Below, one piece after another: positions 8,205 to 17,211 of a stretch of 32,000 bases of DNA; positions within the stretch are counted from its first letter, which is position 1; each line of letters starts with the position of its first letter. The position numbers and the translations under genes were made by a program. The DNA is from Thermosulfurimonas dismutans (GTDB lineage: Bacteria; Desulfobacterota; Thermodesulfobacteria; Thermodesulfobacteriales; Thermodesulfobacteriaceae), in the NCBI RefSeq assembly GCF_001652585.1, contig NZ_LWLG01000007.1, forward strand, positions 1 to 32,000. Direction: 5' to 3'. Under the pieces are notes generated by a model, which saw only the letters and a list, made by a program, of their open reading frames with translations, did no database searches and was not told where the DNA came from.

Positions 8205-10390
8205 TCATAAAAAGTCCTCTTCAGGCGGCCGCCCTGGGTCTCTCCTTAGGGCTTCTTTTTTACTTCTGGTGGGTGTCTCCTTCCTTGCACAACTATCTCG
8301 GAGAAACCCTTGTTGAGGGTCAGATTTTAAATGTCAGTCCTTATGCCGGTAGAACCATCCTAGAGGTCAAAACCTTTTATGGCAAAGGGATTCTCTTTAT
8401 GCCTTTTGAGGCCTGGAAATGTCTTCCTGGACGGTTTTTTAAGGCTCGGACCTTTCCCACTTCTTCCGGTTATCTCAATCTTTTTGATACTCCTCGGGAA
8501 AGACATCTCCTAGCCCGAGGACTTTTCTTTGCGGCCCGGGTAAAGCGCATAGAAGATATCTCCTGCTTTGATACCCATAGAAGTTCTGTTCTCTTAGACT
8601 TTAGGGCCCATCTTTTTGATTTCGCCCGGAGACTTTCACCCTTGGCTCAAGGCCTGTTCTCTGCCCTGGTTCTAGGAGAGAAGGGGCCATTGCCTGAGGA
8701 ATTCAAAGAGACACTTAAGGCTCAGGGGCTCTATCATTTTCTTGCGGTTTCGGGGTTTCATCTAGGACTTATCTACGGCATGATATATTTCGCCTTCCGC
8801 AGATTATGGGTACGAATTTTTCCGTCCCAGGGGATACCGGCTCAGATCCCGGCGGCCTTCTTCGCTCTATGGGGGGCTGCCTTCTACGCCTTGCTTTCCG
8901 GCCCCAGCCCTTCGGCCCAAAGAGCTTTGATCATGCTCCTACTATTCACCCTCTCTCGGGTTTTATTTCTCAGAACTTCGGGTTTCGATCTCCTGGCCGG
9001 GACAGTGTTTACCATATTGATTCTTTCTCCGGAAAGCATTCTCGACCTTTCCTTTCGGCTCTCCGTAGCCGCAGTCCTGGGAATACTCGTGGGACATAGA
9101 CTCTATCGAAAATTGTCTCTCCCTCCAAACCGCTTCGTACGATATCTTCTTGGAAGTTTTTTTGTCTCTCTGGGAGCCAGTCTCGCTACCCTACCCTTAC
9201 TCCTCTTTGCTTTTGGAGAAGCCCCGCTTCTCTCACCCCTTAACACCCTTATTCTTTCTCCGTTCTGGTGTTTGATTCTCATACCTGGAGAAATGGTGGT
9301 CGCCGGGCTTTCCTTCCTGAGTGAAGATCTGGCTCACGAGCTAGCCGAATTCTTGGGAGGCCTCTTTGAACGGGCGGTCCATCTTCCTTTACCCAATTTG
9401 GTTTTGACACCCCCCTATCCCGTGGGACTTTTTATTTTGACCTCATTTTCCCTGGCCTTAGGGATCCACTTCGGCCTCCGAAAACGTTACAAACCCGCCC
9501 TGATCTTGGTTTCGGTGACAGCTTTGTTTTTATTTTCAGGGCTTTTTGTCCGCTATGCGCTCTTCTATTCGGTAGTCCTTGATATAGGTAGGGGAAATGC
9601 CATCCTGGTACACCTTCCAGGGGATCGCAATCTCCTATTTGACGCCGGGGCCAGGTATGGCTCGGCCGACCTTGGGAAAAGGATTCTCGTACCAACTTTA
9701 CGTAAATTAGGGATAGGACATCTCGATTTTGTTATCATCTCACATCCAGATCTCGATCACACCGGAGGTCTTCCGGCTTTACTCGAAAGTGTTCCGGTTA
9801 CACGAATACTCTCAGGCAAGTTTCGCCGGGAGGACTGGCAAAAACTGGGGCTAAGCCCTCCGCTTGATGAGGTGGTTCGGCCTGAGGTTCTCAAAGTTTC
9901 CTCGGCCGAGATCTTTCTTTTTTCCGGAACGCCGGAGTCCCGAAACACCAATCGGGAAAGCCTGATGGCCTATCTGGAATATGAGGGTCTCACGGTCTTT
10001 TTTCCGGGAGACGCCGATGGCAAGCGTTTGGCTCGGCTGTTTCGTTTCGGCGGAACTATCCCCGCGGAGATTTTCATCCTTCCTCATCATGGAGCCCGAA
10101 ACGGATACTTTGCCCCGTTTTGGCAAGCTATTGACTTTCGAGTGGCCGTGGCCTCCGCCAGAGGCCCTCGTCATCCTCATCCTTCGGTGTTAAAAATTCT
10201 CAAACTATATCATCGTCCGTTATACGTAACGGCCCAAGAAGGAACCATTACAGTCTTCCTAAAGCGAAACGGATTTCTGGTTTGCTCGGCAAGGCCCCTT
10301 AAGAAAGGACTTCCGTTGGAGCTTATCTGGCCTTATATTCCTTATTTAAATGAACAAGGATGTCAAAGATATGAACTTCACGCCTTATGA
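8201..10390 (+). CDS. comEC: DNA internalization competence protein ComEC/Rec2 (OB/DUF4131, competence channel and metallo-beta-lactamase domains)
   Basis: Polytopic core with GLYHFLAVSGFHLGLI. The C-terminal MBL has VISHPDLDHTGGL and PHHGA. A GTGA overlap joins it to yggS. Confidence 0.9.
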   Translation: MIIKSPLQAAALGLSLGLLFYFWWVSPSLHNYLGETLVEGQILNVSPYAGRTILEVKTFYGKGILFMPFEAWKCLPGRFFKARTFPTSSGYLNLFDTPRERHLLARGLFFAARVKRIEDISCFDTHRSSVLLDFRAHLFDFARRLSPLAQGLFSALVLGEKGPLPEEFKETLKAQGLYHFLAVSGFHLGLIYGMIYFAFRRLWVRIFPSQGIPAQIPAAFFALWGAAFYALLSGPSPSAQRALIMLLLFTLSRVLFLRTSGFDLLAGTVFTILILSPESILDLSFRLSVAAVLGILVGHRLYRKLSLPPNRFVRYLLGSFFVSLGASLATLPLLLFAFGEAPLLSPLNTLILSPFWCLILIPGEMVVAGLSFLSEDLAHELAEFLGGLFERAVHLPLPNLVLTPPYPVGLFILTSFSLALGIHFGLRKRYKPALILVSVTALFLFSGLFVRYALFYSVVLDIGRGNAILVHLPGDRNLLFDAGARYGSADLGKRILVPTLRKLGIGHLDFVIISHPDLDHTGGLPALLESVPVTRILSGKFRREDWQKLGLSPPLDEVVRPEVLKVSSAEIFLFSGTPESRNTNRESLMAYLEYEGLTVFFPGDADGKRLARLFRFGGTIPAEIFILPHHGARNGYFAPFWQAIDFRVAVASARGPRHPHPSVLKILKLYHRPLYVTAQEGTITVFLKRNGFLVCSARPLKKGLPLELIWPYIPYLNEQGCQRYELHAL

Positions 10391-10793
10391 AACCTTCGAA
10401 CACGGGGCCGATATCGGGGTAAGAGGCTATGGACGAACTATAGAGGAGGCCTTTGCCAACGGTGCCCGAGCCTTATTTTCGTTGATGGTGGAAAATTTTG
10501 AGGCTATTGAGCCTAGAGAGGAGACCCCGGTTTCGGTTTCGGCAGAACTTCCAGACGAACTCTTTGTAGCCTGGTTGAACAGACTGATCACCCTCTCAGC
10601 CCTAGAGCACAGAGTATTTAGTGACTTTGAAATCAAAATCAAGGGTGAAAACCTTCAAGGCGTAGCTCGCGGAGAGGCTTTAGATACCGAGAAACATCTT
10701 CTAGGAATAGAGGTTAAAGGAGCCACCTTTACCTTGGCAAAAGTGGCAAAAGAAGGCGATCTTTGGGTAGCCCAATGTGTGGTGGACGTATGA
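10371..10793 (+). CDS. Archease
   Basis: YETFEHGADIGVRGYG.T.EEAF...A.AL is the archease N-terminal signature (H-T/G-ADIG), and VKGATF appears near the C-terminus. The size is about 140 aa. The ATG at 10371 has AAGGA about 10 nt upstream, and the ATG at 10350 is an alternative. Confidence 0.85.
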   Translation: MNFTPYETFEHGADIGVRGYGRTIEEAFANGARALFSLMVENFEAIEPREETPVSVSAELPDELFVAWLNRLITLSALEHRVFSDFEIKIKGENLQGVARGEALDTEKHLLGIEVKGATFTLAKVAKEGDLWVAQCVVDV

Positions 10794-12322
10794 GGCCGGT
10801 GGTAGAGATTATTTCGTTAGAACTTCCGAAGCCCTCTCTTCAAGATCAGCGATCTGACGAAAGGCGCTTGAGGGAAGCCCTTTCGGAACGTCTTGGGGAA
10901 AGCCCTGCCCTTCCTCTCTACCTTTTAAGGAAGCTTCCTGAGGTTTTAAGGGGTTCCGACTTTAAAGTGGAAGTAATCTTGGGCCGTACCGAAAGGGGTT
11001 ACGAAGTACTAGAGGTGTTTCCCAAGGGAAAGGGCGGGCCGGTCTATGGCCTGGGGATTGACCTAGGGAGCACAGGAATTGCCCTTTACTTGGTAGATTT
11101 CAGAGAAAAAAAGGTCCTCAGGGAGGCCAGTTTCAGGAACCCTCAGATTCCTTATGGGGAAGACATCCTGACTCGCCTCCATTTCGCCGAAAGACCAGGA
11201 GGGCTGGCGGAACTTCAGGAGAAGACTATAGAAGGTTTGAAAAGTGAGATTCTGAAACTGGTAGGAGAGAAGGAGACCGAATATCTTTATTACTACGCCT
11301 TCTGTGGGAATACTACCATGACCCACTTTTTCTTGGGTCTTCCTACCAGGTGGCTCTATCGAGAACCATATATTCCTTGTGCCAATGCCATTGACGTCCT
11401 GAAACTCAGAGAAAGCGGGCTTCCAGGGCATCCCGAAGCCCTGCTCTTTGTCTTTCCCTCCGGTGGAAGCTATTTCGGCGGGGATCTCATCTCGGGACTT
11501 CTTTTTGCTGGTCTTCATCGCGGCGAGGCCATTTCGCTTTTCGTGGATGTAGGGACTAATGCCGAGATCGTCTTGGGCAATCGGGAATTTCTTTTGGCCT
11601 GTGCCGGTGCCGCAGGGCCGGCTCTTGAAGGCGGTGTGCTGGCCTGTGGGATGCAGGCCCGAGAGGGGGCTATCGAGAGGATACGCATCCGGAAAGGACA
11701 ACTAGAACTCAAGGTTATCGGGGATTCGAAACCGATTGGTATCTGCGGATCAGGCACTATTGAACTTCTGGCAGAGCTATTCCTTGCCGGTCTAGTAAAT
11801 CCTCAGGGGATATTTCAGCCGGAAAGGTGGCCTGAAAGATTTCGGGAAATAGATGGTGAACTAGCCTTCGTGCTCGCCGACGAGAGCGAGAGTGGTACCG
11901 GGCGGCCCATCTATGTAACTCAGGGTGAGATCAAAAATCTCATTCGCTCCAAAGGGGCCATGTACACCATGCTTACGGTGATCTGCGAGAGTGTGGGAGT
12001 GCGATTTAAGGATCTGGAGCGATTTTATGTGGCTGGAAGTTTCGGAAATTACATCGATCCCGAGGCGGCCATCACCATAGGGATGCTTCCTGACCTTCCA
12101 CGAGAAAAGTTCGTGGCGGTGGGCAACGCCGCCGGCGCCGGAACGGTAAAGTTTTTGCTGGAAGGAGATTTCGAGGAGGTTCGGGAGATCGTCTCCAAAC
12201 TCACCTACCTTGAGATGAACGTAGAGAACCGTTTCATGCAGCTTTTAACCGGGGCCCTCTTCCTCCCACACACGGACCTTGATCTCTTTCCTTCGGTAAA
12301 AGCCAAAAGGCCTGGAATTTAG
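10790..12322 (+). CDS. ASKHA-fold ATPase, DUF4445 / RACo (corrinoid reductive activase) C-terminal family, lacking the N-terminal ferredoxin domain
   Basis: GIDLGSTGIALYLVD, CGNTTMTHFFLG, VDVGTNAEIVLG, AGAAGPALEGG, GAIERI and GICGSG.IELLAE match the DUF4445 pattern. The ATG at 10790 forms an ATGA overlap with the archease stop. Confidence 0.85.
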   Translation: MRPVVEIISLELPKPSLQDQRSDERRLREALSERLGESPALPLYLLRKLPEVLRGSDFKVEVILGRTERGYEVLEVFPKGKGGPVYGLGIDLGSTGIALYLVDFREKKVLREASFRNPQIPYGEDILTRLHFAERPGGLAELQEKTIEGLKSEILKLVGEKETEYLYYYAFCGNTTMTHFFLGLPTRWLYREPYIPCANAIDVLKLRESGLPGHPEALLFVFPSGGSYFGGDLISGLLFAGLHRGEAISLFVDVGTNAEIVLGNREFLLACAGAAGPALEGGVLACGMQAREGAIERIRIRKGQLELKVIGDSKPIGICGSGTIELLAELFLAGLVNPQGIFQPERWPERFREIDGELAFVLADESESGTGRPIYVTQGEIKNLIRSKGAMYTMLTVICESVGVRFKDLERFYVAGSFGNYIDPEAAITIGMLPDLPREKFVAVGNAAGAGTVKFLLEGDFEEVREIVSKLTYLEMNVENRFMQLLTGALFLPHTDLDLFPSVKAKRPGI

Positions 12323-12331
12323 GAGCAAAAG

Positions 12332-13651
12332 ATGCCTCACAAGATCGTCCTTATAGGCAGACCGAACGTTGGCAAATCTACCCTCTTCAATACCCTGATC
12401 GGAGAACGGAAGGCCTTGGTGGAGCGCACACCTGGAGTGACCCGAGATCGGTTGTACGGAGAGGCAGAAATCGAGGGCCGTAAGGTCACGGTGATCGATA
12501 CCGGAGGACTTACTCCTGAGGTGGAAGAACTTTTCAGTCACGAGATTCTACGACAGGCCGAGGAGGCCCTGGCGGAAGCGGACCTAGTGCTCTTCCTCGT
12601 AGACGCTCGGACCGGCCTTACCCCCCTTGACGAGAGAATTGCCGAACTTTTGCGGAAAAAGGAAAAACCGGTCCTTCTGGTGATAAATAAGGTAGATAGT
12701 AAAAAGGAAGTTCTAAACCTTGGGGAATTTTATGCTCTGGGCTTTGAACCCCTGCTTCCCATCTCCGCCAAACACAAAAAAGGCCTTGAGAATTTGAGAA
12801 AGGAAATCCTGGCACATCTACCGGAGGAAACTGAAGAGGAAGCCGAGAAAAGCTTGGCGCCCATCCGAGTCGTCATCTTGGGACGCCCCAACGTAGGCAA
12901 GAGTTCTCTTCTCAACCGTCTCGTAGGTTATGAGCGGATGATCGTTTCAGATATCCCTGGAACCACCCGGGATAGCATTGATACTTTGCTCGAGCTCCCT
13001 GACGGTCGACAGTATCTCCTTATAGACACCGCCGGTATTCGCCGCCGTCCTCGTATCAAGGCCCGGACCGAGAAGTTCAGTGTGGACAAGGCCTTTGAGG
13101 CCCTGGATCGGGCTGAAGTGGCCATCCTGGTCCTTACTGCCGAAGAGGGCATTACCGACCAGGATCAGAAGATCCTCTCTCAGATCGAGAAACGCCATAA
13201 GGCCTGTATTATCTTGGTCAACAAGTGGGATCTCTTGGACGGCAAACGCGAGGAAGGCAACATCCTTATGGAACAAATCAAATACGGAGCGAGATTTGTA
13301 CCCTGGGCACCTATTTTGACTATTTCGGCCAAGACTGGTAGGCGAATAAAGGAGGTCTTGCCCTTGGTAGACGAGGTGTATGCTGCATACTCCCGTCGTG
13401 TGCCTACGGCGCAGGTCAATCGGGCCCTGGAAGAGATAAAACGAGAGCGGGCCCTTTACACTCCCTCGGGAAATAGATTAAAATTTTACTACGCCACCCA
13501 AGCGGAGATCAGACCTCCTACAGTGGTGGTCTTTACCAATTATCCAGAAGAGATACCAAAAAGTGTGGAGCGGTTTATTAAAAATCGTTTGCGCAATTAT
13601 CTCGGTTTCGAGAAATCTCCATTAAAAGTGGTCTTCAGGCCCCGCCGATAA
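12332..13651 (+). CDS. der: Ribosome-biogenesis GTPase Der (EngA)
   Basis: Tandem G domains (GRPNVGKST twice, DTGG/DTAG, NKVD/NKWD) plus a KH-like C-terminus. Confidence 0.97.
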   Translation: MPHKIVLIGRPNVGKSTLFNTLIGERKALVERTPGVTRDRLYGEAEIEGRKVTVIDTGGLTPEVEELFSHEILRQAEEALAEADLVLFLVDARTGLTPLDERIAELLRKKEKPVLLVINKVDSKKEVLNLGEFYALGFEPLLPISAKHKKGLENLRKEILAHLPEETEEEAEKSLAPIRVVILGRPNVGKSSLLNRLVGYERMIVSDIPGTTRDSIDTLLELPDGRQYLLIDTAGIRRRPRIKARTEKFSVDKAFEALDRAEVAILVLTAEEGITDQDQKILSQIEKRHKACIILVNKWDLLDGKREEGNILMEQIKYGARFVPWAPILTISAKTGRRIKEVLPLVDEVYAAYSRRVPTAQVNRALEEIKRERALYTPSGNRLKFYYATQAEIRPPTVVVFTNYPEEIPKSVERFIKNRLRNYLGFEKSPLKVVFRPRR

Positions 13652-13657
13652 AACTTA

Positions 13658-15295
13658 ATGGCCAAGACGGTTTACGGACACATCAGCGGACTTAAACCTA
13701 GTGAACTTCGGGCCCTGGAACGACTTTATCGACGTAGGGTTCCGGCTGACTATCTCATAACTCATGAACTCTCCCGAGAGCTCTCTCGGCTTTCCTTTGA
13801 GCTCAACCGCCAGCTCGGATTACTCATCAATCGCCGTGGAGAAATAGAGTACGTGATTGTTGGTGATTATCACCAGATCGTGATTCCGGCGATCACCAGA
13901 TCTCGGAAAAGCGAGGGCAGACTAAAAGGCCTGCGTTGTGTCCATACCCATCTCTCTCACGAAGGGCTCGATCAAGACGATCTTCTAGACCTGGCTTTTC
14001 TGCGGCTGGATTGTATGAGCGTGCTTGAGGTCGGTGAGGCAGGGCTTCCTGGACGTCTACATACCGCCTATCTCCTTCCTCAAAAGGATAGCGACGGGTA
14101 TTATGGCTATCTTTCTCCGGTTTATCCCTGGGAGCTCAAGGGAGACTTCAGGGAGTTTATAGAGTCTTTAGAGGAGGAACTAGAGAGAGTAAGACCCCTC
14201 AAAGAAGTGAGCGACCGGGAGGACCGGGCCCTACTGGTAGAAGTCCACTCCGGTCCCAAATTCTATGCAGAAGAAAGGCTTTCCGAACTGCGAGAGCTAG
14301 CTCGCACCGCTGGGGTCACAGTGGTGGGAGAGGTCATCCAGCGGCGCGATCGCCCTGATCCCCGCTACGTGGTCGGCAAAGGTAAGCTTTCAGAGCTCAT
14401 CATCCAGGCCATGCAGACCTCAGCTAATCTTCTCATATTCGATTGTGAACTTACGCCTTCTCAAGTTAGAGCTCTCACCGAGATGGTGGATCTTCGGGTA
14501 ATAGACCGCACCCAACTTATCCTGGACATCTTCGCCCAGCGGGCGAAGAGCCGCGAGGGCAAGATCCAGGTGGAGATGGCCCAATTGCGATACATGCTCC
14601 CACGTCTTAGGGCCAAGGACGACGCTTTTTCCCGTCTTACCGGGGGCATCGGAGCCCGAGGACCGGGAGAGACCAAACTCGAAGTTGATCGTCGCCGTAT
14701 CCGAGAACGGATTGCTCGTCTTGAGAGAGAACTCAAGGCTATCTCCCGTCAGCGTGAATTACGGCGCAAACGACGTAAACGACATGGGCTCCCGGTAGTG
14801 GCTATTATCGGTTACACCAATGCCGGCAAAACCACTTTACTTAATACCTTAGCTCGCGAGCATCTGCTGGCTGAAGATAAGCTTTTTGCCACTCTGGATC
14901 CGGTGAGCCGCAGGATAAGGCTCCCTGACGGAAAGACGGTGCTTTTCACCGATACTGTGGGTTTCATTCGTGAACTTCCTAAAGACCTCAAGAGGGCCTT
15001 TCAGGCTACTCTCGAAGAGCTTTACTCTGCAGACCTATTGCTTCATCTCGTGGATATTAGCCATCCCGATTTTGAAGAGCACATTAAGACCGTAGAAGAA
15101 ATACTCGAAGAAATGGGGCTTTCCAGAGCGCCAAGGCTCTTGGTTTTCAATAAAATTGATAAACTTTCTCCCGAAGAGGTCAGGGCCTATCAAAATCGTT
15201 ATCATGCGGAAGCTATTTCGGCCTTAAATCCCGAAACTTTGCCTCCTCTGCTCTCACGTTTGGCAACCTTTCTTGACAATGAAAAGCCCATGTGA
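13658..15295 (+). CDS. hflX: GTPase HflX with an N-terminal extension of about 187 aa
   Basis: The HflX N-domain (VGKGK..E, IFD.ELTPSQ.R.L, RVIDRT.LILDIFA.RA.S.EGK.QVE.AQL) and G domain (GYTNAGKTTLLN, DTVGFI, NKID) start near aa 190. Confidence 0.95.
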   Translation: MAKTVYGHISGLKPSELRALERLYRRRVPADYLITHELSRELSRLSFELNRQLGLLINRRGEIEYVIVGDYHQIVIPAITRSRKSEGRLKGLRCVHTHLSHEGLDQDDLLDLAFLRLDCMSVLEVGEAGLPGRLHTAYLLPQKDSDGYYGYLSPVYPWELKGDFREFIESLEEELERVRPLKEVSDREDRALLVEVHSGPKFYAEERLSELRELARTAGVTVVGEVIQRRDRPDPRYVVGKGKLSELIIQAMQTSANLLIFDCELTPSQVRALTEMVDLRVIDRTQLILDIFAQRAKSREGKIQVEMAQLRYMLPRLRAKDDAFSRLTGGIGARGPGETKLEVDRRRIRERIARLERELKAISRQRELRRKRRKRHGLPVVAIIGYTNAGKTTLLNTLAREHLLAEDKLFATLDPVSRRIRLPDGKTVLFTDTVGFIRELPKDLKRAFQATLEELYSADLLLHLVDISHPDFEEHIKTVEEILEEMGLSRAPRLLVFNKIDKLSPEEVRAYQNRYHAEAISALNPETLPPLLSRLATFLDNEKPM

Positions 15296-15334
15296 TAGGA
15301 CAAACCCGGAAATTCAAGATCAAAGGAGGGTGAG

Positions 15335-16285
15335 ATGAGCAAGATATATGTAGTGGGGCACAAGAGCCCGGATACGGACTCCATTTGTTCGGCTATTGCT
15401 TACGCTTATCTCCGCAACGAGTTGGTCAAAAAGGGCTATATCAAAAACGATACTGAAGAAGCCGTAGCCGTGCGGCAGGGAGATCTCAATCCTGAGACTG
15501 AATTTGTGCTCAATAAGTTTGGGGTAGAAACCCCGGAACTCATGAGTGATGGAGCCGGCAAAAAGGTGATTTTGGTAGATCACAGCGAGCGGGGTCAGAC
15601 CGTGGACAACATTGATGAGGCCCAGATCCTAGCCATTATCGATCACCACAAGATCGGTGATATTAGCACCCCCAACCCTATTACCTTTATCAACTTTCCC
15701 ACAGGTTGCACCGCTTCCATCGTGAAGGGGCTTTTCGATTACTTCCAGATCGAGATTCCCAAGGATATCGCGGGTATCATGCTCTGCGCCATTTTGAGCG
15801 ACACGGTGGCCTTCAAGTCCGTGACTACTACGGACTTCGATAAGAAAATGGCCGAGGATTTGGCTAAAATAGCCGGGGTGGATGACGTTATGGCCCTCGC
15901 CATGGAGATGTTCAAGGCCAAGTCCGACGTCTCTGGAAAGAGTCCACGGGATCTCCTTTACCGCGACTTCAAGGACTACACCATGAGCGGCAAGAAGGTA
16001 GGGGCCGGACAGATCGAGGTGGTGAGCCTAGATCTGTTGGCCGAGGTTAAGGACGCCATCTACGAGGAGATGCAGAAGGTGAAGGCCGAGGGTGGTTACC
16101 ACACTATCGTCCTCATGCTCACCGACATTATGAAGGAAGGTACGGAACTCCTAGTGGTGACCGACGATCCTTCCGTGATCGAGAAGGCCTTCGGCAAGGC
16201 CCTGGAGGGCAAGAGCGTGTGGCTCGACGGGGTGATGAGCCGTAAGAAACAGGTGGTTCCGCCGCTGGAAAAAGCTTTTGGTTAG
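15335..16285 (+). CDS. ppaC: Family II (Mn-dependent) inorganic pyrophosphatase
   Basis: DHH motifs HKSPDTDS, LVDHSE and IIDHHK, and a DHHA2 domain with GAGQIEV. The protein is 316 aa. SD AAAGGAGGG lies upstream. Confidence 0.93.
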   Translation: MSKIYVVGHKSPDTDSICSAIAYAYLRNELVKKGYIKNDTEEAVAVRQGDLNPETEFVLNKFGVETPELMSDGAGKKVILVDHSERGQTVDNIDEAQILAIIDHHKIGDISTPNPITFINFPTGCTASIVKGLFDYFQIEIPKDIAGIMLCAILSDTVAFKSVTTTDFDKKMAEDLAKIAGVDDVMALAMEMFKAKSDVSGKSPRDLLYRDFKDYTMSGKKVGAGQIEVVSLDLLAEVKDAIYEEMQKVKAEGGYHTIVLMLTDIMKEGTELLVVTDDPSVIEKAFGKALEGKSVWLDGVMSRKKQVVPPLEKAFG

Positions 16286-16309
16286 AGAAGAAAAGAACTC
16301 AAGGAAGAG

Positions 16310-16336
16310 AAGGGGGCCAAACGGCCCCCTTTTTTA
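16310..16336. terminator. Bidirectional terminator between convergent ppaC and thi4
   Basis: GGGGGCC-aaac-GGCCCCC is flanked by an A/G-rich run on one side and TTTTTTATTTTTT on the other. The T-tract overlaps the thi4 stop codon. Confidence 0.8.
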
Positions 16337-17113
16337 TTTTTTGAGACGAGCGGCAATTTCCTGGGCCACTTTTTCGCCAGAAAGAAGCATGCCTCCGAAG
16401 ATAGGCCCCATGCGGTAGGAACCGAAGGTGGCGTTGGCGGCCATTCCGGCCACGAAGACTCCAGGAAAGACTTCTCTTGTATTTTCCAAAGTAGTGGTCT
16501 CGGCTACGTCTGCCCAAAGGGACTTTTCGCCCTCGATCTTTCCGCTGGGAGTCATGAGTTGAACTCCCAGTTTTTTCTGCATGATGTGGAGCACAGAAAG
16601 TTCGTGACCGGTGGATTCCACCACGTATTTGGATCTTATGGCCAGAGGATCCACATGGAGACCCCCCATTTCCACTGCAGTCCAGTTGATGACCAGACCC
16701 ACCACCCTATCCTTTCGCACCATGACGTCTTCCACGCTTATGAGATTGAAGATCATGGCCCCGGCCTTACGGGCGGCATATCCTAGGGCGCAGACCGTTT
16801 CCACGGAATCGGCGGTGTAATAGTCTTCCTGCCAGGGTCTAGCCTCCACGCCGATTTCCTTTAATAGTCTGGCTCCTTCTTCCTGAACTACGATTTCGTT
16901 GAACATCATGCCCCCACCCCACATACCACCGCCGATGGAGAGCTTGCGTTCAAAGATCGCTACCTTGAAGCCCTCTTTGGCTAGCTTGTAGGCCGCCATG
17001 AGTCCCGAGGGCCCAGCTCCTACTACCGCTACATCAAGTTCCAGAGCTTCCTTCAACTTTTCGGTGAACCTCTCCACGATGGCCTGTGTAATCTTCACTT
17101 CATCAAGCGCCAT
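16334..17113 (-). CDS. thi4: Thi4-type thiazole synthase (ADP-thiazole synthase, archaeal/eukaryotic type)
   Basis: VAVVGAGPSGL, SIGGGMWGGGMMFN, STGHE, VFVAGMAA and MGPIFGGMLLSG. SD AAGGAGG lies upstream. Confidence 0.92.
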   Translation of the reverse strand: MALDEVKITQAIVERFTEKLKEALELDVAVVGAGPSGLMAAYKLAKEGFKVAIFERKLSIGGGMWGGGMMFNEIVVQEEGARLLKEIGVEARPWQEDYYTADSVETVCALGYAARKAGAMIFNLISVEDVMVRKDRVVGLVINWTAVEMGGLHVDPLAIRSKYVVESTGHELSVLHIMQKKLGVQLMTPSGKIEGEKSLWADVAETTTLENTREVFPGVFVAGMAANATFGSYRMGPIFGGMLLSGEKVAQEIAARLKK

Positions 17114-17166
17114 AAGAGCCTCCTTTTTGGTTTTGGGGATTAGGCTTGTCGCCTTTTTTGGAGAAA

Positions 17167-17195
17167 ACTATAAACGGGTCTTCACATCGGCACAA
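17167..17195 (-). promoter_or_regulatory. Candidate sigma70-type promoter for thi4
   Basis: On the minus strand: TTGTGC, 17-nt spacer, TATAGT, about 50 nt upstream of the thi4 ATG. Confidence 0.35.
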
Positions 17196-17211
17196 TAGGA
17201 AGTGAAAAATT

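Noticed and set aside
11063-11701. 212-aa minus-strand ORF
   Set aside because: It is entirely antisense to the DUF4445 ATPase, whose family motifs are unambiguous. It has no SD and no recognisable motifs.
17114-17211. Expected a TPP riboswitch upstream of thi4
   Set aside because: I read the minus strand of the 98-nt leader. It has no CUGAGA or ACCUGAUCUGGAUAAUGCCAGCG-like elements, only a sigma70-like promoter and an SD. The space is also too short for both a promoter and an aptamer.
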